From contig OZ287749.1 of the NCBI GenBank assembly GCA_965649765.1, positions 3,224,001 to 3,288,000 on the forward strand: a stretch of DNA of 64,000 bases, given 5' to 3'. The notes beneath the pieces are model-generated. The model worked only from the letters and a program-made list of their open reading frames with translations. It was not told where the DNA came from and did not search any database. The position numbers and the translations under genes are program-made. The stretch is from Bispira polyomma. Lineage: Eukaryota. Below, in pieces: positions 38,760-52,061 of this stretch. Position 1 is the stretch's first letter. The number at the start of each line of letters is the position of its first letter.

Positions 38760-39532
38760 AAAGAAACACCAAAAACCTATTTCTATGCTACTTTGAAAAA
38801 TCAATTGAATGAGAGTCACAATACATCTCTGTCATACTGGGAAGAATCACTAGGTATTAGTTTATCAGAAATCACTTCGAAACAGATATTTAGAATATGC
38901 TTTCAAACAATAAAGAATAATGACCTGATATGGATGCAGTACAGAGTACTCTACAGAATCTTAGGTACCAATGACCTCCTATTGAAAATAAAACGTCATA
39001 TAAGTGGAATGTGCAATTTTTGCAATCATTATATTGAAACGGTCATGCATCTATTTGTAGAGGTAGGCATTGTAAAACACTTTTGGTCTGAACTTAAACT
39101 GAATTTGCAAATCAAGCTGGAGATCGATTTAACTGTTAATCCCTCTTCTATAATATTAGGTGTTCCAAATTTCAACTGCCTGACTATTCCAATAAATACT
39201 ATTTACCTTGCAGCAAAAATGTACATCTTTAAAACCTCGAGAACAAAACGAAAATTAAACGTAGAAGATTTTTGCAAGAACAAGAGCACGTTGCCAGCTT
39301 AGAGTTTAAACATGATAATTTTACACGAATATGGAGCAATTTTAACTACCTCTTCCTCAATTAGTGTATTTAGAATAACAAAATAATGATTGAATAACAA
39401 AAGGAACCTGTAATGTTTTGTATGTTTTTTGTTTGTTTGTTTTTTTGGTCAATTGTGTGTTTCTGTCAACTGTGTTTTTGTCAAGTGTATTTGTGAAAAT
39501 TATAAAAAATATAAAAAAAAAAAATAATAAAA
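38760..39532 (+). mobile_element. 5'-truncated L1/Tx1 LINE 3' end
   Basis: WMQYRVLYRILGTN..CNFCNHYIETVMHLF (C-terminal zinc knuckle)..AKMYIF, then a GT-rich 3' UTR and an A-rich tail at ~39503-39532. Confidence 0.88.
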
Positions 39533-40299
39533 CAGATATCAGTTTTAATGTACCCTTCACCTGTACTACTTATAAATAGCACATTGCTAGACTGAAAGTC
39601 AGTGAAGTGACTTCAAATCAAAAGAGTGATATGCGAGAATCTGGAAACACCAGTAACTATAAAATGTAGGCTTTTTGTGAATATCGCCCAGGCTATTTTG
39701 TAAACATTACAACTTTGTAAACTCGGTCAGTGTTCCAGCCGTAACTAATTAACAGACGAATGAAAGCCACAATTGGGGTTGTTTAATGAAGTAATGCTCT
39801 GTTTATTGGTTCCCACTGGGATGTAATATCCCAAATTTAGGTCACAAATAACAGTCAATGCAACTTCATCTATGACCATTACGGAGTGTTTCAGTCGTTG
39901 TCTACTGTTAAAAGCTTCATGTGGTGTGACTCGGTTTTGTACGGTAATATGTATTTATTTATTTTAATTGATTGATACTGGAACAAAGTTTATACACTGG
40001 AACCCTAGCTTAAATAAAGCTTTTGGGTTTTTGTTTTCTTGAAGCAGCACAGGTGAATCCTACAATAGTAGTAACCCAATGGTTCGGAAGCTATGTATTT
40101 TTGGTGATACGTACTAGGTGGTCATAATCCTGCACTGTAGATCACCGGCAATCACCTTAAAGGATACATTCATCAAATTCAGCTGGATTCAAGATAATTA
40201 ATGAGAATGTCTGTCTTAGCACTCCGCCCCCTTCCCATCACAATCGAGTCCAGCAAAAACCAGCAAAGCCAGCATTCCCAAAAGTGCCAATGGCAACAC

Positions 40300-40560
40300 A
40301 TTAGCCTACCTCTTCTGCCATCGTTGGATCTCAATTCAGCTCTGGCACATATGTAGGAAAGTTGGCAGTGGACCCGCTGAGGATTAATATTTTACATAGC
40401 GGAAAACCTTGACCAACTATGTATTTCCGATGACCCAAAATGTGTTGATAGCCACTTTAAACCCGAAATGAAACCAAACTAATTCCAGAGTCTAGTTGTT
40501 AGAGACTTGGTCCAGTCATCAGAAGGTGCCCAGTTCAAGTTCCAGTGGGGGAAATTGGTC
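40300..40560 (+). mobile_element. Two adjacent degraded tRNA-derived SINE pieces
   Basis: Body gtaggaaagttggcag..ccttgaccaactatgta, tail gttgatagccactttaaacc..aaaccaaac, then a head gtctagttgttagag..gttcaagttcc. Confidence 0.5.
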
Positions 40561-41023
40561 TGGTTATTGTAAGGCCTCCGATTCTACTCCTGACAATGCT
40601 GCAATGTTAATTGGTGGCATAACCAAGTTGGGCAATATAGATTAGCTGATTGATTTGTTAGTATGTGTTAGTTGATGGCCCACATCAACAAATTGTGCTT
40701 AAATATATGTGATATAATACAATGCAATTACTATTCACTTCATTCATGAGAATTCTTTTGAACAAAGTCATAAACCCTGTTATAGAGCACAGATGACAAA
40801 CTGCCTCATCTTACTGCCTCAACATTTCATTGATAGTTTTTTTTCACGCAAAAGTACATTTGTGCTTCATCCAGTATGATTATGGTGTCTTGTTCATAGA
40901 AACATGATTTGGTAGTGCGCTGGTAACAATCTCACCTCCCAACTCCTTAGTGACTGCTCTAATTGTCTCGGCCCTGTCAGACAGATTGCAGTAGAGTTAA
41001 TATGTAACGGTTACCTCCAACAG

Positions 41024-41146
41024 TTAACTGGTCATCACAGTATATAATATGTGATGATTGCCCCTAACATTTAACTGGTCATCACAGTATATAATATATA
41101 ATGATTGCTCCCAGCATTTAACTGGTCATCACAGTATATAATATGT
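41024..41146. repeat. 47-bp tandem repeat, ~2.6 copies
   Basis: ttaactggtcatcacagtatataatat starts at 41024, 41071 and 41118. Confidence 0.9.
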
Positions 41147-42045
41147 AATAATTATGTGTCTTTTAATTGTCTGTACTTGAGTTATATCCGGGACACCAAT
41201 CCAACAGCATTCGTTATTAATAGTCAAACATGAGTAAATATCTAAGGGACAGTATTTATTAATGGTTCTAAACTTAAGTACACATTAATATCAAGACCAT
41301 TAGAAAGCATGACGAGAAATCTCAAATAAAATTAATAGTAATATGTCTCCCAATGTAAAGGTAATTATCAGTATACATTTTCATATTATATTTACATACC
41401 TTGTGAATGTTGTAGAAAGCCTTGTTCATAATAAGGTAATTTCAGAGATAAATTGTTGGATGAAGGTATTTGTTTTTTTAATAAACTGCCACAGCTCACC
41501 ATTTACATAGTTGGATATTTAGCTATTACATATAGTTATGTTTTCCAGTAAATACAAGTAGAATGTGGAAAAATATTATGATTCCATACTGACAATATTA
41601 CAAAATGCAATGTTATTACCAGGAGAAGAAATCCATATAACAAATTGTTCAGGTTTATAACCTATGGTTAAACATAAGTTCCATTTGGTCAGTTTCGATG
41701 GTGCTTCCCTCTGGAATAGTATCCCTTAATACGTTAGGACAGATCGTCCTGGCTAAACGTAAAAGGGCAGATCCTTATTCCGTCAGAGAATAAATATATT
41801 TATCTGATGATGCATTCCTTTCAGGATCATGTCCTAGGTTGTGGTTGATATTTTAGTGAGAACAGAACATCCTCCTTTAAAATATTTAACAAGTGAAATG
41901 GTGTATTATGCATCACAGTTCACTACATGCCATGTTGAATATATGCATATGTGAAATGTCCATGTTGAATATATGCTTGTCTATTCTACACCACAGTTCT
42001 CTCGCTAGTTATCTCACTCTCTCCCTAATGTACATGTATGCCCCT

Positions 42046-42390
42046 CTATTCCTTACACTCAGCATCAACTACCATTGACCCTTTCCTCAGAATGTTCAAA
42101 GACATCTGCTTCCTCCTCTGTTTCTTCCTAGTCTCAGCCTGCTGCTGCATCTTGATGTAACTGATGAACATGCTGACAAAGCCAGTGACAAAGACCAGGG
42201 TGGGCCAGAAGATGATGTTGATCATGATGCTGTGGTCTGTGATTGTGGCTGTGGAGAAAGACCTCTGGTAGTAACAGAAGAGATCCTGATGTAGGTGTAA
42301 AGTGAGAGAGGCACGGTGATGAGAGAGTATCATGGTACAATTTGTGTGTGTGGAGGTCAGAAGATGTGAGAGGCAGCCTGGGCAGCAGTC
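42046..42390 (-). CDS. Exon 2 of the same putative gene
   Basis: Acceptor tttcatcttctag|GAC, phase 0: DCCPGC..NCT..LFCYY..MINIIFWPTLVFVTGFVSMFISY (TM2) and a basic tail. The spliced product is 252 aa with no internal stop. Confidence 0.6.
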   Translation of the reverse strand, partial: DCCPGCLSHLLTSTHTNCTMILSHHRASLTLHLHQDLFCYYQRSFSTATITDHSIMINIIFWPTLVFVTGFVSMFISYIKMQQQAETRKKQRRKQMSLNILRKGSMVVDAECKE

Positions 42391-42631
42391 CTAGAAGATG
42401 AAACATAAAAAATAAAGTTTTTTTTAAAGCAGATGTAATGACACTTACATAATTACACAGTTATAAAGGTATATCAATTAATTGTAAAAGTCTGGTTAAA
42501 CAACAAATTCAAGGCAAATGATACTTCATCCACCAAGACAACAAAAATATAATAACTAGTAGATCTGAAGAATTAATGATTAGGCAACACAACCAAGAAA
42601 TAACCAAGACAAGCCACAGAGTTTACCTCAC

Positions 42632-43045
42632 CTTCTTCCCATTGCTTCTTTTGCCTTTCTCTTTAGCCAGTAAGATTTCATCATTCAAAGAGCCACTGGC
42701 AGCGATGTTAGATAGTACACCCACATGGTAACTCTTTCTTTTATCCAGGGTGTTAATTTTGTAAGCCACTGTGACATCAAGGCACATCCAGGGGTCACTT
42801 AGTACACTTTGATCCCTTAGTACACCTGGTACAGTAGTGTTTGTGATCACATGTAACCCACATGGTTTAGTTATGATTCTGACAGGGTTGAAACCTAACA
42901 CTGTACACATAGTGAGGATCAGCTCTGTAGCCAGTCTGTAAGGTACCACTAGATAGTAGGTTAAGAGGAGAACAGCCAGAAAGCTGGCTGTTACAGCTAC
43001 TGCACTTAGTACAAATACATATTTGTAGTGTAGAATGGTCATCAT
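42632..43045 (-). CDS. Exon 1 of a putative host gene: 2-TM BK-channel beta / TipE-like auxiliary subunit
   Basis: TM1 (VFVLSAVAVTASFLAVLLLTYYLVVPY), T.CTV, C, NTT sequon, CLDVTVAY; ends at donor AAG|GTGAGG, phase 0. Confidence 0.6.
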
Positions 43046-44489
43046 GACAAGAGGTTGATTGATCTTTTATCCAAATCTAGAATTTTAGACAAACATCTCT
43101 AGAAATAATGTTTGCTGTTAATTGGTTGTTGTAAGCAGTATTTGGTCACTGAAAGAAATTACAACATCCTGGCTTGTCAACATAACACTCCATGAGATAA
43201 GATGCCATGTGTAGAAAACTTTATATTATGGTTGACTCCTTTATTGTTTAGTCCATTTCTTGTAAATGTTATATTTCATTTGACACTCAAATAAAACATT
43301 AAAAATATAAATAATAAAAGCATACATTTATTTTGAGAATCAATTATTAAGATTATGTCGATTAGCTTCTCGAATTATTAAACATGATTGAATATAACAA
43401 GTGTAAATAGAGACACAAAACTTATATTTCCAATTCATTGTCTGCAGAAGTTATCCTGTAAACATATATTGAAAACATAAACAAAAGTAACCAATGATGA
43501 AGTTTACCAATTTAATCAAAATACTCTGTATCGTTTTATATCCACTGAAATTATCAACAAAATATTTACACTTCATTTACACACTGTTTATATTATCCTT
43601 GAAATCAAATCCTATCCGATCAACTTTTCTCAGAGGCATGTGTGCCTAAGATTAAAACCTGCAATTCTGAACTGTTCCAAGGAAGATATTACTGAGTAAC
43701 ACACACTGATGAGTGCGATGTTTTACAAGCACCCACTAACGAGTTCTAGTGCTTAGCAATGCTGCAATGACGGTTCCTTTAATGAGAACAAGCCTTGCCC
43801 TTTTAACACAGACCTAGGACTGTACATCCATCCAAAGACCATATGAAATGAATGAAATAGTTACCAGGCGTCAACAACTCATAACTATTATTCTATTTTT
43901 ATTCATTTCCTTGCAATACATATTTGTTAGTGCAGCAAACTTTTCTGTTTAAACATTATACACAAGGCTGAATGCTGACAGTAGTAATGGTGTGTGTTTT
44001 ATTCCCCCAGCTGTCTGTAACCCATCACTGAAAAATTTCCTTCAATTCCCGGCAATACTTTTCAAAAAGGATGTGATTCAAATATACATTTTTAATAAAG
44101 GTAAACTATGTTTAAAAGGCACATTTTTATAAAGACCAAGTGAGTGGCTGCAATGAACAGCAATAAGCTTAAACTCACTTAAATATCATGTTTGTCCCTC
44201 TGATAAGCGCCACCTTAGCTATAGTTGTAATGTATCAGTTAGTAAACCACGTTTTCTCCATTAGCTTGTCTTATCAGTTCACTTCCTGGTCTACATGGTT
44301 TGTAGTTGGTAACTGCAGAATAATGAAAATCAGAGACATTCGTGGCAAAGAGTTCTGTCAACAAATACCATGTGTGGATAGGTCTATATTTGAAAATATG
44401 CCTGTGGTGTATATTATTGTGAGGTGCTTAAAAAACCACGTTTTGACACAAAAATAAACTTTCCAAAATGATAAACTGCAAGTTGCTGG

Positions 44490-47400
44490 AATAGTAGGCA
44501 GCGCCCAGGCGCGGGTATTTTCAGTTCACAGGGTACCTTGTTGTGGCTTACTATAAAAGACGGAACATTTTAAATTCTCCCGCCTTTCTTATTTTCATGT
44601 ACTAGGAACAACTTCGAAACAATAGGCTTGGTGGTTGGCAGTTTGAATTTGTTGTTGGTGCACTTGGATATTTTAGTCATTTTAGTGTTTTAAATTTAAA
44701 ATTGTAATTATATGTTCACAATGCCAAGTATTAAAGACGTTAGTGTGGTGGAAAACATGAAATGGCAGTCGGTAGAAAATGTGTTTATTTTGTGGCACCT
44801 GAGGAATTCGTGGCTGTCGCCGGCTCCAGTGATGCTTCTACCTCCTCTCCAGCTCAGGGCGATCTTATTTCTGGACAAATTTTGACACAATTGCAATCCA
44901 TAGCTGAAATGATGGAGAGGATGGACCAACAAGTACAGCTCACGGAGGCGGCGATAGCGGGAGACCTCACCAAAAATCAGGCGGGTAGTAGCTCTTTTTC
45001 TGTCAATTCTGTAGTCGAACCGAGTATAGAAGCTAGTTCCAGTGATAGTGTTATTCCTACTGTTGAATTTCTAAAGAAAAACTCGGCCATTCAGACACAA
45101 GTAGAACAGAGATTAGTTGAATTAAAAGCTTTGAACGAGAATCTGACCCAAACTAAGCTTAAATCCCAACGAGGGGGGGGGGGGGTACTGATGTTCTGGT
45201 TAAAAAATTAGTCGAATGGTCACAAAACTATGTACTTTCTGGGAGTCTGAAAACTCGTCCAAGTTATGACAACTTAACTCTTAATCAGTGGGTCTGTGGA
45301 TTCACTAGGATAATTCAAGATGAGAAATCCCCGGAAGTTTGCGAAATAATGTTGGAATATATGGCTAATTTGATGGAAAACTCCCAGGATTTTTCCTGGG
45401 AGTCGGCCAGGCGTGCCATGCTGTCATTCTCTCCACGATGAAGATGGACAAATTAAAGTGGACAGAGGTCGACAAGATAGATCGTCTGAGAAGGGCTCAT
45501 GCCCAAAGGCATATTTCTAGTAGTAGCAGTCAGGGAAATAGCAAAACTGGTACCAAGACAACTATCAGTGGTAAGCAAAATTTGATGAATTGTAAATTCT
45601 TTCAAGAAGGTACATGTAAACATCAAAATAAACTCGGCCTGTCATAAGAAGGGTTAAAAAAACTAAGGGGCCACTGCAGCAATGCAGTGGGCGAAAAAGG
45701 TATAAAGCGAATTCTTAGTCGTACTGTATATAGTAAGGATTTTCAATCATTTTACTTGTTTGACAAGTCGATGAGTAAAAAGATGTGTACATATAACAGA
45801 GGTATAACAAGTCAGTGTAGTTACAACGAAGTCGTGGTTAAACCGCGTAGTAGCAGTAAATATGTGGAAAATAATGTATTACAAAGTGTACATAAAAATA
45901 CCAGTACTAATCCTAACCTTTAAAAACAAAGCTTGGGGGGCAAAGTGCTCTCAAGACATGTGAACAAAGCAACAATAGGGGCGACCAGAGCTAGGCAAAC
46001 ACACAAGGTGAGAGTTAAAAAACCACAACCTATTGTCAAAACTCGGGTTCCTCTCTTTGTGAACAAATGTAAGAGTGTAATTGATTCTAACAAACAAAAC
46101 AACCAGTGGCAGGCTGACACGGCTTATAGATTTAGTATGCTTGGCCAGGTTGACACTTCCATTGTTGAGGGCCACAGGGACAACAATGAAAGTGAGTGTT
46201 TGCCAGGGCCTATCGTTAGCAACACACTGGCCAGTGGGGGAAAGGCTAGTACCAAGAATAGGTGCAGTATTTCTTGCAAGGGTAATTCCCCTCCACAGGT
46301 CAGTATAAAGGAACAAAAGAAAAGGTATTCTACCAAGAAAGGTCTTATTAGTGACAAGTGTGTATTTGATTTAAAACAAAAGCAGAACAAGCACGAATTG
46401 TTGAAAAAGGCAAAATTAAATGAAACCCACATCAAATGGCGTGAACAAAACAAGGTCCACTATGGTTTTATCCCTTTGTCTACATTGTTTACAAAAATAT
46501 GGGACAATATTTCAGAAAATTTGGGTATTTATATTCTAGAAATGCATAATTTGTTGTGACAAGATGGTAGACAAAATTTCAAAGGTCTTCAATTACCAGT
46601 AAATTCCCAGCTTAATCCTGCGAGGTGGAAGCAATATTTGGGCGAATATTAGGATTGGCAGTTACCTCTTCTCATTAAATGTGGGTTCCCCCTTGACGTG
46701 TGTTGGGATAATATTAGTCAATCAGCGTGGCCCAATCGCAAATCTTGTTTGGAATTTCCTGAACATGTTGAGATTCTGTTTGATGGAAGAATGTGACTAT
46801 GGTGCAATGCTCGGGACATTTATGGACCCTCCAATCAAAAATTTGCATTTCTCACCAATAATGACACGCACAGAAACAACCTCGAGTAATAGGCCGGTCA
46901 TCGTTGATCTGAGCTGGCCGAGGGCCAATCAGTTAACGCTGTTGCTTCAGCCACCACATACTTGGGTACAGATTTTATATTGTCTGATCCTTTTATCGAC
47001 CCTTTAACAAATAAGGTACTAAAACTGGGGAGAGGTTGTAAAATATTCAAAATTGACATTAGTAGGGCATTTCGACAAGTGCCCATTGATCCTGGGGACT
47101 GATTTGTTAGGCCTGAAGCGGGGGTCTTATTTTATAGATAAGTCCCTCCTGTTCGGTTATCAGAACGGGAGTACTATCTTATAGAGAATTTCAGATGCAG
47201 TCAGATACATAATGCACTCTGAGGGTCATAATGTCAACAATGATTTTTTATGCATCTCGCTCCCGAATCAAATCGACAAACTTTACTAATGCTTGCAGGT
47301 ACTGCTTTCTGAATTAGGACTTATAGTCAGCAAGAAAAAATTAGTGCCTTCTAATACTGTGGTTATATTGTCTGGGTATTAGTATTGATACTGTAAAATT

Positions 47401-49745
47401 TATTACTTCTATTCCCATTGAAAAATTGCAGGAAATTAAAAATTTTTGTGTCAGATGGAGAAGCAAAAAATCTTGTACCAAGAAAGAACTTCAGTCTTTG
47501 CTAGGGTCTCTATTATATGTGGCACAATGTATTAGGTATGCTAGATTATATCTGAATCGAATGTTGGCCTTGTTGAGAGATAACCACAGCAATAATAGAT
47601 TTCCTCTTACTGAAGAGTTTACTAGGACCCAAAGGTGGTTTATTACGTTTATAAATCAGTTTAATGGAGTCTCTTTCTTCAATCACAAGCCCGTCAATGC
47701 AAAAATTGAGTTATATGCTTGCTTGACAGGCATGGGAGGCATATATAAAAATCAAGTATATAAATTGTCAGTCCCTACTAATATGTCTCATCATAATATT
47801 GCGGCACTGGAGATGATAAATATAATGGTAGCCTTAAAATTGTGGGCTGAGGCCTGGCGTGGGTTCCGAGTATTATTCAAGTGCGACAACCAAGCTGTGG
47901 TCAGTGCTCTGAAAACGGGGCAAACAAAAGATCCAATATTGGCTACTTATACTTGCAATATATACATGTGGGCCAGTCATTTCGATATTGACATTAAAGT
48001 TGTACATATACTAGGCATTGATAACAATATAGCCGATTTATTGTCTAGGTGGGACAAAACCAAGAATAATGAACAAACTTTAGCTACTTTAGCAGGTCCT
48101 GTAGTTTGGTTAGATACTGACCACACTTTATTACAGGTGGATAATAATGTATAGCATAAATACCTCTACTTGTATGTATTTCAGCAACAAATCCAATGGA
48201 TAGGATGCTCACAAAGATCGCATGCCAGAGATTGCATTCAGCTTTGCTGCTTCGACAGCTAAAGCCTATGACAGCATGTATAGACTTTTTCTGGCTTTTG
48301 GGGCCTTCATGAATTGGATCCCCACCCAGGTGAACGTTTTCAACCTTCGTGCATATTTAGAATTTTTAAATTTTAATGCTGTATCACCCTCTCAGATTGC
48401 AAATCACTTGTCAGCCATCAAAGCTAAGTGCATCCTGTTGCATTTAAATGTTGATGTTTTTTCTGATCCACGAATTTCATATTTTACTAGAGCCTTGTTA
48501 GTTAATAGACCTTTGCAATTAAAATTAAAATGTATTTTTGACATACCCCTGCTTAGTGCTGTAATACAAAAGTGTAATTATATGTATATGGGTCAAGTAT
48601 TCAAGGCTGTTTACCTTAGTAGTTTCTTCAGTTTTCTGCGACTCTGAAATCTATGTACTCATTCAGTAAAGGATTTTTCACCTCTCAAGCATCTCGCCAG
48701 GGGCGATATCATGTTCAAGCCTGGTTACGTAGTCCTATTGGTAAAATGGTCAAAAACAATGCAAACTAATGATGCTGTGCGACTCCTCACATTACCAGCT
48801 CTGTCAAATTCTATTTTATGTCCAGTCACAGCCTTGAAAAACTTGTTGGTCATTACTCCTGCTGGTACAAATCTTCCTTTGTTTCAGTTTAAGCTTTCGG
48901 CTTCCTGGGTCCCTCTTACTGACACCCGGGTTAGGCTCCATCTCAAAAGTGTGTTACAAATGCTGGGATTACAAAATTCAAATCTCTCCTTCCATGCTTT
49001 TCGACGTTCAGGTCCCACCTTTGCTTTTAATAATAATGTCCGAATCCAAGATATTCAGAGGCATGGCACATGGACGTCGGATTGTGTGTGGAGATACGTC
49101 ACAGACTCAGCCAATGCTGGTACCCAGGTACCCAACGCTTTCTCTGCAGCCCTGCATACTTCTTTGTGATCTGGGTTTGGTGGTCTGCCACATTTTATGT
49201 GACAGTACATGTTTATATTAATGTTTATGTATATAAATATAAACTTAAAGTAACCATATTACTGTACTGGGCATAAGGTCACATTACATAACACAGTACA
49301 TAATGTACTCTTTTATCTCAAATTTGATTCAATCTCAAACTTAACTTACATTTAAGTCTACCTTACTAGTTAACATGAGGTTGACTTACTGCAACCTTAA
49401 ACTCAACATGTCTCTTCTTTGGCTTAACCTGACCTTAAATTCCAGTTAAGTCACTGGTAGACTTAACTTAAGCTTGACACGAAATTTCAAATCACCCACA
49501 CTTAACTCAATTACAGATTTAAAAGTATATTTATGGTCGCCTTATTCTCAATTTAAGGCTACCTTAGTAATTTCAAAATACTTGTAGTTAAGGTGACCTT
49601 ATGCCCTAACTTGATAACTGTGTATATATGCTAAGTAGTAGCCTAACATATTAGTGCCTAATAAAATCTTAAACCACAATCTTTTACTTGGTTATGCAAG
49701 CTTACATATTATTAAATAAGACGGCTACACAGGGGAACTGACACA
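44490..49745 (+). mobile_element. Element D: degraded DIRS/Ngaro-like YR retrotransposon
   Basis: gag ~44721-45666 (KSQRGG, KIDRLRRAHAQR, CKFFQEGTC); pol ~45660-48154 (HFSPIMTR, IVDLSWP, KIDISRAFR, LLGSLLY, CDN, ADLLSR); YR 48185-49169 (FLRL, KWSKT, HAFRRSG, HGTWTSDCVWRY); GGTNACC-rich 3' UTR and AATAAA at ~49660. Confidence 0.93.
45657..45690 (+). promoter_or_regulatory. Predicted -1 frameshift signal (element D)
   Basis: A AAA AAC TAA GGGG CCACTGCA-GCAA-TGCAGTGG. The -1 frame reads KKLRGHCSNAVGEKG into the tracked ORF at 45687. Confidence 0.75.
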
Positions 49746-52061
49746 TATTTAGTACAATGTTAAAATTCTATCCAAGCCACCTTGTATTATACACAGTAGT
49801 TTGTTTTCAGTGTTCCACCAACTATACATTATTTTTTTAATAATACACTGGTCGCCCAGTATTTTCTAATAAAAACATTTGTGAAAAAAGGAGATAAATT
49901 TCTAATAAAATGATTTTTCATTGTTATTTTTTTTTTCAATTGTGAAATCTCGAAAAAAGTTTTTCATGTGACATTGCAGGTTTTATTAGTTAAATTTTCA
50001 AGCAGCACATGTTACCAGTTTTATATCAGACATTGATTAATAGACCATCCAAAATGGATTCTAAGACATCTGTGAAAGTGTTATATTAAAAATCTATTAA
50101 TAGATAATCCAAAATGGATTCCAAATGCAAATACATATTTTTTATCAATACTATCATTACTTAACAACTTCTCATTCCCCAAATTCCTTTTATCTACCTC
50201 TTCATTCCATAGGTTCCCACTTATTTGCATTCCCCCACTTTATGTAAATCTTTTTTACCAAAGTTTTTTTAACTTAAAATCCCTGTTGCTTAGTTTCGAG
50301 CCATTGGGTGATCTATTGTGGTGAGCAAAAGACCAGTGTGACCTTCAAATTAATCCACTTAGATTTATTTAATAAACAAGTAGTCAGTGTACTTTACCTG
50401 AAACTGGATGTTCACAGGAAAGTTGGAAATTCATTTCCCCGGTAACAGGCTAATGATACGAGGTCAGGAAGACAAGGTAAGTAGACACAGAATGTGGTTA
50501 AATTTATTTATTAGACTAAATGTTAGCAGCTACTATGTACATGGTGAGTGAAAGTCACCTTAAAATTTACTTAACAATGAAGGCAACTTAGGGTCACCTT
50601 ACATGCAAAATGAAATTTAGGAAAATAAATAAATTTATGTAAGGTCACCTTATCTTATAATTTCTATGTTCATATTTGCTAGCTCAGAACGAATTGTTCC
50701 GGAGTAAGGTGACCTTAATTCCAAAGTAGAGTTTAGAGAGAAATAATTACAAGTTAAGATTACTTAAAAGAATCAGCTAATGTACTGTAGCATAACTTGA
50801 GAATTAAGTATTAGAATTGATTACAACTGATATGAGTTGGCATTACTTCAACCACAGGCTACTGTACTGTAGCGCTGAAATGCGTGACAGGCATTAGTTA
50901 CAGTCTAAAGTTACACCCTGTGAGACATGCAATTACATAGTACGTTTCCCATTAACTGAAGAACTTATGAAGTTACTATGACTAGTGTAATTACATAATA
51001 CTGTTCAGGTTAAAAGAGCAACTTAACTGCAATAGCAGTGGCAGTATATGCCAGGGAGAAGCAATGTTAAACTATAACCAGCCAAACCCCAATGGTAGAA
51101 ATTAGGAAGTAAGTGATAAGGATAGGTGTTGCCTAAAGGAATCAGCAACCTGTTGGCCCTTATCAACAGTATCGGTGACATACCTCCAGACGCAGTCCGA
51201 CGTCCAGGTGCCATGGTATTGTATATTTTGAATGCTTACATTATGATTAAAAGCAAAGGTGGCACCTGAACATTGGAAGGCGTGAAAGGTAAGTCCAGCA
51301 TCTTGCAAGTGGAGTCTAGACAAAATATCACTCAAATGACGACGCACTCGAGTGTCAGTAAGTGGTTGCCAGTGATTATTACTTTTGAACTGAAATAGAG
51401 GTGAATTTAGCTCAGAAGGGGTAATTTTCATAATGTCCTCCAGTGCCCTAACTAGGCATAACATTGAGCCCGAAATTCGAGGAAGGGAAATTAATTTAAT
51501 TTGGTTATTGGTCTGCATAGTTTTGGACCATTTAACGAGGATAACAGCTTTCTCTGGTTGGAAAAATACGTCAGAACTGGATAAATGGAGAAAAGTGAGA
51601 AGCTGCATGGGGAACAAGATTGGACAAATGAAGAAATGAAGAGAAGCTAGTTAAGTACAGAGCTTTAAACACGAGTCCCATGTTTGTAGAATGACACATG
51701 GAAACAATGTTTTTGAGAGTGCCAATGTCAAAAACCTTCTTGAGTTTTACATTGAGGGGTGCAGACAATTTAACAGCCCTTTGGTAGTAAGCTATACAAG
51801 GGTCACTGAAGGCATTTACATCAATGTCATGTATTATGGACTGAGCCCTGATTGCAGACAAATAATTTGCCATATGAGCAGGTTTGACTGAATTAAAATG
51901 TAACGTTTCCAAGAAACATAATAAATGGAGCGCAGTCACCTGATGTGCAGGCCAATCCATGAATACTGTAAAATTAAAGGACCTGGCAGTAGATCTACAG
52001 AAGGCCAAGTGAAGTTTATTGGTGGCATTACGACACAGTTGCTTTTGTAAGGGAGTCTTTT

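Noticed and set aside
41640-41880. Additional exon of the 2-TM gene
   Set aside because: It lies downstream of the stop codon, and the minus-strand frame examined has multiple stops.
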